A stretch of DNA of 64,000 bases from Eledone cirrhosa (Eukaryota): assembly GCA_964016885.1 (NCBI GenBank), contig OZ024740.1:32302001-32366000 (forward strand). Direction: 5' to 3'. The notes under the pieces were generated by a model. It worked only from the letters and a program-made list of their open reading frames with translations, was not told where the DNA came from and searched no databases. Made by a program: the position numbers and the translations under genes. Numbering within the stretch: position 1 is the stretch's first letter; every line of letters starts with the position of its first letter. Below, in pieces: positions 14,301 to 28,006 of this stretch.

Positions 14301-17300
14301 TTGTATTTATTAGTGATATAATAGACATATGAAGACGTAGTAAAGTTGTTTATTAGTGCCATAATAGACATATGAACACATAGTAAAGTTGTTTATTAGT
14401 GATACAATAGACATATGAACACATAGTAAAGTTGTTTATTAGTGTTATAATAGACATATGAACACATAGTAAAGTTGTTTATTAGTGATATAATAGACAT
14501 ATGAACACATAGTAAAGTTGTTTATTAGTGTTATAATAGACATATGAAGACATAGTAAAGTTGTTTATTAGTGATATAATAGACATATGGAGACATAGTA
14601 AAGTTGTTTATTAGTGATATAATAGACATATGAAGACATAGTAAAGTTGTTTATTAGTGATATAATAGACATATGAAGACATAGTAAAGTTGTGTTTATT
14701 AATGATATAATAGACATATGAAGACATAGTAAGGTTGTTTATTAGTGATATAATATATATAGGAAGACATAGGAAAGTTGTTTATTAGTGATATAATAGA
14801 CATGTGAAGACATAGTAAAGTTGTTTATTAGTGATATAATAGACATATGAAGACATAGTAAAGTTGTGTTTATTAGTGTTATAATAGACATATGAAGATA
14901 TAGTAAAGTTGTTTATTAATGATATAATAGACATATGAAGACATAGTAAAGTTGTTTATTAGTGCTATTATAGACATGAAGACATAGTAAAGTTGTGTTT
15001 ATTAGTGTTATAATAGACATATGAAGACTGAGTAAAGTTGTTTATTAGTGATATAATAGACATGTGATGACATAGTAAAGTTGTTTATTATTGTTATAAT
15101 AGACATATGAAGACGTAGTAGAGTTGTTTATTAGTGTTATAATAGACATATGAAGACATAGTAAAGTTGTTTATTAGTGCTATAATAGACATATGAAGAC
15201 GTAGTAAAGTTGTTTATTAGTGTTATAATAGATATAGGAAGACATAGTAAAGTTGTTTATTAGTGCTATAATAGACATATGAACACATAGTAAAGTTGTT
15301 TATTAGTGCTATAATAGACATATGAAGACATAGTAAAGTTGTGTTTATTAATGATATTATAGACATATGTAGACATAGTAAGGTTGCTTATTAGTGCTAT
15401 AATAGACATATGAAGACATAGTAAAGTTGTTTATTAGTGTTATAATAGATATAGGAAGACATAGGAAAGTTGTTTATTAGTGTTATAATAGATATAGGAA
15501 GACATAGTAAAGTTGTTTATTAGTGTTATAATAGTTATAGGAAGACATAGTAAAGTTGTTTATTAGTGATATAATAGACATGAAGACATAGTAAAGTTGT
15601 TTATTAGTGCTATAATAGATATAGGAACACATAGTAAAGTTGTTTATTAGTGATATAATAGATATAGGAAGACATAGGAAAGTTGTTTATTAGTGATATA
15701 ATAGACATGTGAAGACATAGTAAAGTTGTTTATTAGTGATATAATAGACATGTGAAGACATAGTAAAGTTGTTTATTAGTGATATAATAGACATGTGAAG
15801 ACATAGTAAAGTTGTTTATTAGTGTTATAATAGACATATGAAGACATAGTAAAGTTGTTTATTAGTGATATAATAGATATAGGAAGACATAGTAAAGTTG
15901 TTTATTAGTGTTATAATAGACATATGAAGACATAGTAAAGTTCTTTATCAGTGCTATAATAGACATATGAAGACGTAGTAAAGTTGTGTTTATTAGTGCT
16001 TTAATAGACATATGAAGACATAGTAAAGTTGTTTATTAGTGATATAATAGACATGTGAAGACATAGTAAAGTTGTTTATTAGTGCTATAATAGACATATG
16101 AACACATAGTAAAGTTGTTTATTAGTGCTATAATAGACATGAAGACATAGTAAAGTTGTGTTTATTAGTGTTATAATAGATATAGGAAGACATAGAAAGT
16201 TGTTTATTAGTGTTATAATAGATATAGGAAGACATAGTAAAGTTGTTTATTAGTGCTATAATAGACATATGAACACCTAGTAAAGTTGTTTATTATTGAT
16301 ATAATAGACATATGTAGACATAGTAAGGTTGTTTATTAGTGATATAATAGACATGTGAAGAAATAGTAAAGTTGTTTATTAGTGATATAATAGACATATG
16401 AAGACGTAGTACAGTTGTTTATTAGTGATATAATAGTTATAGGAAGACATAGTAAAGTTGTTTATTGGTGATATAATAGACATATGAAGACTTAGTAAAG
16501 GTGTGTTTATTAGTGATATAATAGACATATGAACACAGTAAAGTTGTTTATTAGTGATATAATAGACATATGAACACATAGTAAAGTTGTTTATTAGTGA
16601 TATAATAGACATATGAAGACATAGTAAAGTTGTTTATTAGTGCCATAATAGACATATGAACACATAGTAAAGTTGTTTATTAGTGATATAATAGACATAT
16701 GAAGACATAGTATAGTTGTTTATTAGTGATATAATATATATATGAAGACATAGTAAAGTTGTTTATTAGTGATATAATATATATATGAAGACATAGTAAA
16801 GTTCTTTATTAGTGATATAATATATATAGGAAGACATAGGAAAGTTGTTTATTAGTGCTATAATAGACATATGAACACATAGTAAAGTTGTTTATTAAGG
16901 ATATAATATATATATGAAGACATAGTAAAGTTCTTTATTAGTGATATAATATATATATGAAGACATAGTAAAGTTGTTTATTAGTGATATAATATATATA
17001 GGAAGACAGGAAAGTTGTTTATTAGTGATATAATAGACATATGAAGACATAGTAAAGTTTATTAGTGATATAATAGACATGTGAAGACATAGTAAAGTTA
17101 TTTATTAGTGATATAATAGATATAGGAAGACATAGGACAGTTGTTTATTAGTGATATAATAGACATATGAAGACATAGTAAAGTTGTTTATTAGTGATAT
17201 AATAGATATAGGAAGACATAGGAAAGTTGTGTTTATTAATGATATAATAGACATATGAAGACATAGTAAAGTTGTTTATTAGTGCTATAATAGACATATG

Positions 17301-17839
17301 AAGACATAGTAAAGTTGTTTATTAGTGATATAATAGAAATGTGAAGACATAGTAAAGTTGTTTATTAGTGCTATAATAGACATATGAAGACGTAGTAAAG
17401 TTGTTTATTAGTGCTATTATAGACATGAAGACAGTAAAGTTGTGTTTATTAGTGTTATAATAGACATATGAAGACTGAGTAAAGTTGTTTATTAGTGATA
17501 TAATAGACATGTGAAGACGTAGTAGAGTTGTTTATTGGTGATATAATAGATATAGGAAGACATAGTAAAGTTGTTTATTAGTGTTATAATAGACATATGA
17601 AGACATAGTAAAGTTGTTTATTAGTGCTATAATAGACATATGAAGACATAGTAAAGTTGTGTTTATTAGTGATATAATAGACATATGAAGACATAGTAAA
17701 GTTGTTTATTAGTGATATAATATATATATAGGAAGACATAGGAAAGTTGTTTATTAATGATATAATAGACATATGAAGACATAGTAAAGTTGTGTTTATT
17801 AATGATATAATAGACATATGAAGACATAGTAAAGTTGTT

Positions 17840-20800
17840 TATTAGTGATATAATAGACATATGAAGACTTAGTAAAGTTGTGTTTATTAGTGTTATAATA
17901 GACATATGAAGACATAGTTAAGTTGTGTTTATTAGTGATATAATAGACATCTGAAGACATAGTAAAGTTGTTTATTAGTGCCATAATAGACATATGAACA
18001 CATAGTAAAGTTGTTTATTAGTGATATAATAGACATATGAACACATAGTAAAGTTGTTTATTAGTGTTATAATAGACATATGAAGACATAGTAAAGTTGT
18101 TTATTAGTGATATAATAGACATATGGAGACATAGTAAAGTTGTTTATTAGTGATATAATAGACATATGAAGACATAGTAAGGTTGTTTATTAGTGATATA
18201 ATATATATAGGAAGACATAGGAAAGTTGTTTATTAGTGATATAATAGATATAGGAAGACATAGGACAGTTGTTTATTAATGATATAATAGACATATGAAG
18301 ACATAGTAAAGTTGTGTTTATTAATGATATAATAGACATATGAAGACATAGTAAAGTTGTTTATTAGTGATATAATAGACATATGAAGACTTAGTAAAGT
18401 TGTGTTTATTAGTGTTATAATAGACATATGAAGACATAGTTAAGTTGTGTTTATTAGTGCTATAATAGACATATGAAGACATAGTAATGTTGTATTTATT
18501 AGTGATATAATAGACATATGAAGACGTAGTAAAGTTGTTTATTAGTGCCATAATAGACATATGAACACATAGTAAAGTTGTTTATTAGTGATACAATAGA
18601 CATATGAACACATAGTAAAGTTGTTTATTAGTGTTATAATAGACATATGAACACATAGTAAAGTTGTTTATTAGTGATATAATAGACATATGAACACATA
18701 GTAAAGTTGTTTATTAGTGTTATAATAGACATATGAAGACATAGTAAAGTTGTTTATTAGTGATATAATAGACATATGGAGACATAGTAAAGTTGTTTAT
18801 TAGTGATATAATAGACATATGAAGACATAGTAAAGTTGTTTATTAGTGATATAATAGACATATGAAGACATAGTAAAGTTGTGTTTATTAATGATATAAT
18901 AGACATATGAAGACATAGTAAGGTTGTTTATTAGTGATATAATATATATAGGAAGACATAGGAAAGTTGTTTATTAGTGATATAATAGACATGTGAAGAC
19001 ATAGTAAAGTTGTTTATTAGTGATATAATAGACATATGAAGACATAGTAAAGTTGTGTTTATTAGTGTTATAATAGACATATGAAGATATAGTAAAGTTG
19101 TTTATTAATGATATAATAGACATATGAAGACATAGTAAAGTTGTTTATTAGTGCTATTATAGACATGAAGACATAGTAAAGTTGTGTTTATTAGTGTTAT
19201 AATAGACATATGAAGACTGAGTAAAGTTGTTTATTAGTGATATAATAGACATGTGATGACATAGTAAAGTTGTTTATTATTGTTATAATAGACATATGAA
19301 GACGTAGTAGAGTTGTTTATTAGTGTTATAATAGACATATGAAGACATAGTAAAGTTGTTTATTAGTGCTATAATAGACATATGAAGACATAGTAAAGTT
19401 GTGTTTATTAATGATATAATAGACATATGAAGACATAGTAAAGTTGTTTATTAGTGATATAATAGACATATGAAGACTTAGTAAAGTTGTGTTTATTAGT
19501 GTTATAATAGACATATGAAGACTGAGTAAAGTTGTTTATTAGTGATATAATAGACATGTGATGACATAGTAAAGTTGTTTATTAGTGTTATAATAGACAT
19601 ATGAAGACGTAGTAGAGTTGTTTATTAGTGATATAATAGATATAGGAAGACATAGTAATGTTGTTTATTAGTGTTATAATAGACATATGAAGACATAGTT
19701 AAGTTGCGTTTATTAGTGCTATAATAGACATATGAAGACATAGTAATGTCGTGTTTATTAGTGATATAATAGACATATGAAGACGTAGTAAAGTTGTTTA
19801 TTAGTGATATAATAGACATGAAGACATAGTAAAGTTGTTTATTAGTGCTATAATAGACATATGAAGACATAGTAAAGTTGTGTTTATTAGTGATATAATA
19901 GACATATGGAGACATAGTAAAGTTGTTTATTAGTGATATAATAGACATATGAAGACATAGTAAAGTTGTTTATTAGTGATATAATAGACATATGAATACA
20001 TAGTAAAGTTGTTTATTAGTGATATAATATATATATAGGAAGACATAGGAAAGTTGTTTATTAATGATATAATAGACATATGAAGACATAGTAAAGTTGT
20101 GTTTATTAGTGATATAATAGACATATGAAGAAAGTAAAGTTGTTTATTGGTGATATAATAGACATATGAACACATAGTAAAGTTGTTTATTAGTGATATA
20201 ATATATATAGGAAGACATAGGAAAGTTGTTTATTACTGATATAATATACATGTGAAGATATAGTAAAGTTGTTTATTAGTGTTATAATAGACATATGAAG
20301 ATGTAGTAAAGTTGTTTATTAGTGTTATAATAGATATAGGAAGACATAGTAAAGTTGTTTATTAGTGCTATAATAGACATATGAACACATAGTAAAGTTG
20401 TTTATTAGTGCTATAATAGACATATGAAGACATAGTAAAGTTGTGTTTATTAATGATATAATAGACATATGTAGACATAGTAAGGTTGTTTATTAGTGCT
20501 ATAATAGTTATAGGAAGACATAGGAAAGTTGTTTATTAGTGTTATAATAGATATAGGAAGACATAGTAAAGTTGTTTATTAGTGTTATAATAGTTATAGG
20601 AAGACATAGTAAAGTTGTTTATTAGTGATATAATAGACATGAAGACATAGTAAAGTTGTTTATTAGTGCTATAATAGATATAGGAACACATAGTAAAGTT
20701 GTTTATTAGTGATATAATAGATATAGGAAGACATAGGAAAGTTGTTTATTAGTGATATAATAGACATGTGAAGACATTGTAAAGTTGTTTATTAATGTTA

Positions 20801-23800
20801 TAATACACATATGAACACATAGTAAAGTTGTTTATTATTGATATAATAGATATAGGAAGACATAGTAAAGTTGTTTATTAGTGATATAATAGACATGTGA
20901 AGACATAGTAAAGTTGTTTATTAGTGCTATAATAGACATATGAAGACGTAGTAAAGTTGTGTTTATTAGTGCTTTAATAGACATATGAAGACATAGTAAA
21001 GTTGTTTATTAGTGATATAATAGACATGTGAAGACATAGTAAAGTTGTTTATTAGTGCTATAATAGACATATGAACACATAGTAAAGTTGTTTATTAGTG
21101 CTATAATAGACATGAAGACATAGTAAAGTTGTGTTTATTAGTGTTATAATAGATATAGGAAGACATAGAAAGTTGTTTATTAGTGTTATAATAGATATAG
21201 GATGACATAGTAAAGTTGTTTATTAGTGATATAATAGATATAGGAAGACATAGGAAAGTTGTGTTTATTAATGATATAATAGACATATGAAGACATAGTA
21301 AAGTTGTTTATTAGTGCTATAATAGACATATGAAGACATAGTAAAGTTGTTTATTAGTGATATAATAGAAATGTGAAGACATAGTAAAGTTGTTTATTAG
21401 TGCTATAATAGACATATGAAGACGTAGTAAAGTTGTTTATTAGTGCTATTATAGACATGAAGACAGTAAAGTTGTGTTTATTAGTGATATAATAGACATA
21501 TGAAGACTGAGTAAAGTTGTTTATTAGTGATATAATAGACATGTGAAGACATAGTAAAGTTGTTTATTAGTGTTATAATAGACATATGAAGACGTAGTAG
21601 AGTTGTTTATTGGTGATATAATAGATATAGGAAGACATAGTAAAGTTGTTTATTAGTGTTATAATAGACATATGAAGACATAGTAAAGTTGTTTATTAGT
21701 GCTATAATAGACATATGAAGACATAGTAAAGTTGTGTTTATTAGTGATATAATAGACATATGAAGACTTAGTAAAGTTGTGTTTATTAGTGTTATAATAG
21801 ACATATGAAGACATAGTTAAGTTGTGTTTATTAGTGATATAATAGACATCTGAAGACATAGTAAAGTTGTTTATTAGTGCCATAATAGACATATGAACAC
21901 ATAGTAAAGTTGTTTATTAGTGATATAATAGACATATGAACACATAGTAAAGTTGTTTATTAGTGTTATAATAGACATATGAAGACATAGTAAAGTTGTT
22001 TATTAGTGATATAATAGACATATGGAGACATAGTAAAGTTGTTTATTAGTGATATAATAGACATATGAAGACATAGTAAGGTTGTTTATTAGTGATATAA
22101 TATATATAGGAAGACATAGGAAAGTTGTTTATTAGTGATATAATAGATATAGGAAGACATAGGACAGTTGTTTATTAATGATATAATAGACATATGAAGA
22201 CATAGTAAAGTTGTGTTTATTAATGATATAATAGACATATGAAGACATAGTAAAGTTGTTTATTAGTGATATAATAGACATATGAAGACTTAGTAAAGTT
22301 GTGTTTATTAGTGTTATAATAGACATATCAAGACATAGTTAAGTTGTGTTTATTAGTGCTATAATAGACATATGAAGACATAGTAATGTTGTATTTATTA
22401 GTGATATAATAGACATATGAAGACGTAGTAAAGTTGTTTATTAGTGCCATAATAGACATATGAACACATAGTAAAGTTGTTTATTAGTGATACAATAGAC
22501 ATATGAACACATAGTAAAGTTGTTTATTAGTGTTATAATAGACATATGAACACATAGTAAAGTTGTTTATTAGTGATATAATAGACATATGAACACATAG
22601 TAAAGTTGTTTATTAGTGTTATAATAGACATATGAAGACATAGTAAAGTTGTTTATTAGTGATATAATAGACATATGGAGACATAGTAAAGTTGTTTATT
22701 AGTGATATAATAGACATATGAAGACATAGTAAAGTTGTTTATTAGTGATATAATAGACATATGAAGACATAGTAAAGTTGTGTTTATTAATGATATAATA
22801 GACATATGAAGACATAGTAAGGTTGTTTATTAGTGATATAATATATATAGGAAGACATAGGAAAGTTGTTTATTAGTGATATAATAGACATGTGAAGACA
22901 TAGTAAAGTTGTTTATTAGTGATATAATAGACATATGAAGACATAGTAAAGTTGTGTTTATTAGTGTTATAATAGACATATGAAGATATAGTAAAGTTGT
23001 TTATTAATGATATAATAGACATATGAAGACATAGTAAAGTTGTTTATTAGTGCTATTATAGACATGAAGACATAGTAAAGTTGTGTTTATTAGTGTTATA
23101 ATAGACATATGAAGACTGAGTAAAGTTGTTTATTAGTGATATAATAGACATGTGATGACATAGTAAAGTTGTTTATTATTGTTATAATAGACATATGAAG
23201 ACGTAGTAGAGTTGTTTATTAGTGTTATAATAGACATATGAAGACATAGTAAAGTTGTTTATTAGTGCTATAATAGACATATGAAGACATAGTAAAGTTG
23301 TGTTTATTAATGATATAATAGACATATGAAGACATAGTAAAGTTGTTTATTAGTGATATAGTAGACATATGAAGACTTAGTAAAGTTGTGTTTATTAGTG
23401 TTATAATAGACATATGAAGACTGAGTAAAGTTGTTTATTAGTGATATAATAGACATGTGATGACATAGTAAAGTTGTTTATTAGTGTTATAATAGACATA
23501 TGAAGACGTAGTAGAGTTGTTTATTAGTGATATAATAGATATAGGAAGACATAGTAATGTTGTTTATTAGTGTTATAATAGACATATGAAGACATAGTTA
23601 AGTTGCGTTTATTAGTGCTATAATAGACATATGAAGACATAGTAATGTCGTGTTTATTAGTGATATAATAGACATATGAAGACGTAGTAAAGTTGTTTAT
23701 TAGTGATATAATAGACATGAAGACATAGTAAAGTTGTTTATTAGTGCTATAATAGACATATGAAGACATAGTAAAGTTGTGTTTATTAGTGATATAATAG

Positions 23801-25670
23801 ACATATGGAGACATAGTAAAGTTGTTTATTAGTGATATAATAGACATATGAAGACATAGTAAAGTTGTTTATTAGTGATATAATAGACATATGAATACAT
23901 AGTAAAGTTGTTTATTAGTGATATAATATATATATAGGAAGACATAGGAAAGTTGTTTATTAATGATATAATAGACATATGAAGACATAGTAAAGTTGTG
24001 TTTATTAGTGATATAATAGACATATGAAGAAAGTAAAGTTGTTTATTGGTGATATAATAGACATATGAACACATAGTAAAGTTGTTTATTAGTGATATAA
24101 TATATATAGGAAGACATAGGAAAGTTGTTTATTACTGATATAATATACATGTGAAGATATAGTAAAGTTGTTTATTAGTGTTATAATAGACATATGAAGA
24201 CGTAGTAAAGTTGTTTATTAGTGTTATAATAGATATAGGAAGACATAGTAAAGTTGTTTATTAGTGCTATAATAGACATATGAACACATAGTAAAGTTGT
24301 TTATTAGTGCTATAATAGACATATGAAGACATAGTAAAGTTGTGTTTATTAATGATATAATAGACATATGTAGACATAGTAAGGTTGTTTATTAGTGCTA
24401 TAATAGTTATAGGAAGACATAGGAAAGTTGTTTATTAGTGTTATAATAGATATAGGAAGACATAGTAAAGTTGTTTATTAGTGTTATAATAGTTATAGGA
24501 AGACATAGTAAAGTTGTTTATTAGTGATATAATAGACATGAAGACATAGTAAAGTTGTTTATTAGTGCTATAATAGATATAGGAACACATAGTAAAGTTG
24601 TTTATTAGTGATATAATAGATATAGGAAGACATAGGAAAGTTGTTTATTAGTGATATAATAGACATGTGAAGACATTGTAAAGTTGTTTATTAATGTTAT
24701 AATACACATATGAACACATAGTAAAGTTGTTTATTATTGATATAATAGATATAGGAAGACATAGTAAAGTTGTTTATTAGTGATATAATAGACATGTGAA
24801 GACATAGTAAAGTTGTTTATTAGTGCTATAATAGACATATGAAGACGTAGTAAAGTTGTGTTTATTAGTGCTTTAATAGACATATGAAGACATAGTAAAG
24901 TTGTTTATTAGTGATATAATAGACATGTGAAGACATAGTAAAGTTGTTTATTAGTGCTATAATAGACATATGAACACATAGTAAAGTTGTTTATTAGTGC
25001 TATAATAGACATGAAGACATAGTAAAGTTGTGTTTATTAGTGTTATAATAGATATAGGAAGACATAGAAAGTTGTTTATTAGTGTTATAATAGATATAGG
25101 AAGACATAGTAAAGTTGTTTATTAGTGATATAATAGATATAGGAAGACATAGGAAAGTTGTGTTTATTAATGATATAATAGACATATGAAGACATAGTAA
25201 AGTTGTTTATTAGTGCTATAATAGACATATGAAGACATAGTAAAGTTGTTTATTAGTGATATAATAGAAATGTGAAGACATAGTAAAGTTGTTTATTAGT
25301 GCTATAATAGACATATGAAGACGTAGTAAAGTTGTTTATTAGTGCTATTATAGACATGAAGACAGTAAAGTTGTGTTTATTAGTGATATAATAGACATAT
25401 GAAGACTGAGTAAAGTTGTTTATTAGTGATATAATAGACATGTGAAGACATAGTAAAGTTGTTTATTAGTGTTATAATAGACATATGAAGACGTAGTAGA
25501 GTTGTTTATTGGTGATATAATAGATATAGGAAGACATAGTAAAGTTGTTTATTAGTGTTATAATAGACATATGAAGACATAGTAAAGTTGTTTATTAGTG
25601 CTATAATAGACATATGAAGACATAGTAAAGTTGTGTTTATTAGTGATATAATAGACATATGAAGACATAG
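17840..25670 (+). repeat. Near-identical tandem duplication, 2 x 3899 bp
   Basis: Constant offset of 3899 for ORF pairs 18233/22132, 19326/23225, 19625/23524, 19930/23829, 21101/25000 and 21354/25253. Confidence 0.9.
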
Positions 25671-27978
25671 TAAAGTTGTTTATTAGTGATATAATATATA
25701 TATAGGAAGACATAGGAAAGTTGTTTATTAATGATATAATAGACATATGAAGACATATTAAAGTTGTGTTTATTAATGATATAATAGACATATGAAGACA
25801 TAGTAAAGTTGTTTATTAGTGATATAATAGACATATGAAGACTTAGTAAAGTTGTGTTTATTAGTGTTATAATAGACATATGAAGACATAGTTAAGTTGT
25901 GTTTATTAGTGATATAATAGACATCTGAAGACATAGTAAAGTTGTTTATTAGTGCCATAATAGACATATGAACACATAGTAAAGTTGTTTATTAGTGATA
26001 TAATAGACATATGAACACATAGTAAAGTTGTTTATTAGTGTTATAATAGATATATGAAGACATAGTAAAGTTGTTTATTAGTGATATAATAGACATATGG
26101 AGACATAGTAAAGTTGTTTATTAGTGATATAATAGACATATGAAGACATAGTAAGGTTGTTTATTAGTGATATAATATATATAGGAAGACATAGGAAAGT
26201 TGTTTATTAGTGATATAATAGATATAGGAAGACATAGGACAGTTGTTTATTAATGATATAATAGACATATGAAGACATAGTAAAGTTGTGTTTATTAATG
26301 ATATAATAGACATATGAAGACATAGTAAAGTTGTTTATTAGTGATATAATAGACATATGAAGACTTAGTAAAGTTGTGTTTATTAGTGTTATAATAGACA
26401 TATGAAGACATAGTTAAGTTGTGTTTATTAGTGCTATAATAGACATATGAAGACATAGTAATGTTGTATTTATTAGTGATATAATAGACATATGAAGACG
26501 TAGTAAAGTTGTTTATTAGTGCCATAATAGACATATGAACACATAGTAAAGTTGTTTATTAGTGATACAATAGACATATGAACACATAGTAAAGTTGTTT
26601 ATTAGTGTTATAATAGACATATGAACACATAGTAAAGTTGTTTATTAGTGATATAATAGACATATGAACACATAGTAAAGTTGTTTATTAGTGTTATAAT
26701 AGACATATGAAGACATAGTAAAGTTGTTTATTAGTGATATAATATATATAGGAAGACATAGGAAAGTTGTTTATTAGTGATATAATAGACATGTGAAGAC
26801 ATAGTAAAGTTGTTTATTAGTGATATAATAGACATATGAAGACATAGTAAAGTTGTGTTTATTAGTGTTATAATAGACATATGAAGATATAGTAAAGTTG
26901 TTTATTAATGATATAATAGACATATGAAGACATAGTAAAGTTGTTTATTAGTGCTATTATAGACATGAAGACATAGTAAAGTTGTGTTTATTAGTGTTAT
27001 AATAGACATATGAAGACATAGTAAAGTTGTTTATTAGTGATATAATAGACATATGAAGATATAGTAAAGTTGTTTATTAGTGTTATAATAGACATATGAA
27101 GACATAGTAAAGTTGTGTTTATTAGTGATATAATAGACATATGAACACATGGTAAAGTTGTTTATTAGTGCTATAATAGACATGTGAAGACATAGTAAAG
27201 TTGTTTATTAGTGTTATAATAGACATATGAAGACATAGTAAAGTTGTTTATTAGTGATATAATAGACATATGAACACTTAATAAAGTTGTGTTTATTAGT
27301 GTTATAATAGGCATATGAAGACATAGTAAAGTTGTTTATTAGTGATATAATAGACATATGAAGATGTAGTAAAGTTGTGTTTATTAGTGATATAATAGAC
27401 ATATGAACACTTAATAAAGTTGTGTTTATTAGTGTTATAATAGACATATGAAGACATAGTAAAGTTGTTTATTAGTGATATAATAGACATATGAAGACAT
27501 AGTAAAGTTGTTTATTAGTAATATAATAGACATGTGAAGACATAGTAAAGTTGTTTATTAGTGATATAATAGACATGTGCAGACATAGTAAAGTTGTTTA
27601 TTAGTGATATGATAGACATAGGAAGACATAGTAAAGTTGTGTTTATTAGTGATATAATAGATATATGAAGACATAGTAAAGTTGTTTATTAGTGCTATAA
27701 TAGACATATGAACACATAGTAAAGTTATTTATTAGTGATATAATATATATAGGAAGACATAGTAAAGTTGTTTATTAGTGATATAATAGACATATGAAGA
27801 CATAGTAAAGTTGTTTATTAGTGCTATAATAGACATATGAAGAGTGAGTAAAGTTGTGTTTATTAGTGATATAATAGACATATGAAGATAGTAAATTTGT
27901 TTATTAGTGCTATAATAGACATATGAAGTCGTGGTAAAGTTGTTTATTAGTGATATAATAGACATATGAAGACATAGT

Positions 27979-28006
27979 CTAACCCATGCTAGCGTGGAAG
28001 ATGGAC
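27979..28006. other. 28-bp non-satellite insert CTAACCCATGCTAGCGTGGAAGATGGAC, copy 1
   Basis: GC-rich sequence unrelated to the monomer, placed between GACATAGT and GTGATAT. Confidence 0.95.

Larger units (their letters stand above)
1..25670 (+). repeat. HOR domain A: related multi-kb units with periods 7156, 5728, 4232, 4032, 3899 bp
   Basis: The rare marker ATAGAAATGTGAAG and the matching ORF translation recur at 206, 7362, 13090, 17322, 21354 and 25253. Boundaries are approximate. Confidence 0.88.

Noticed and set aside
27979-28006. Insert as a MITE/transposon, cloning linker (NheI site) or canonical CENP-B box
   Set aside because: It has no terminal inverted repeats or target-site duplication and is too short. 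It lacks the TTCG....A..CGGG CENP-B core. Identical flanks at HOR-periodic positions argue against adapter contamination.
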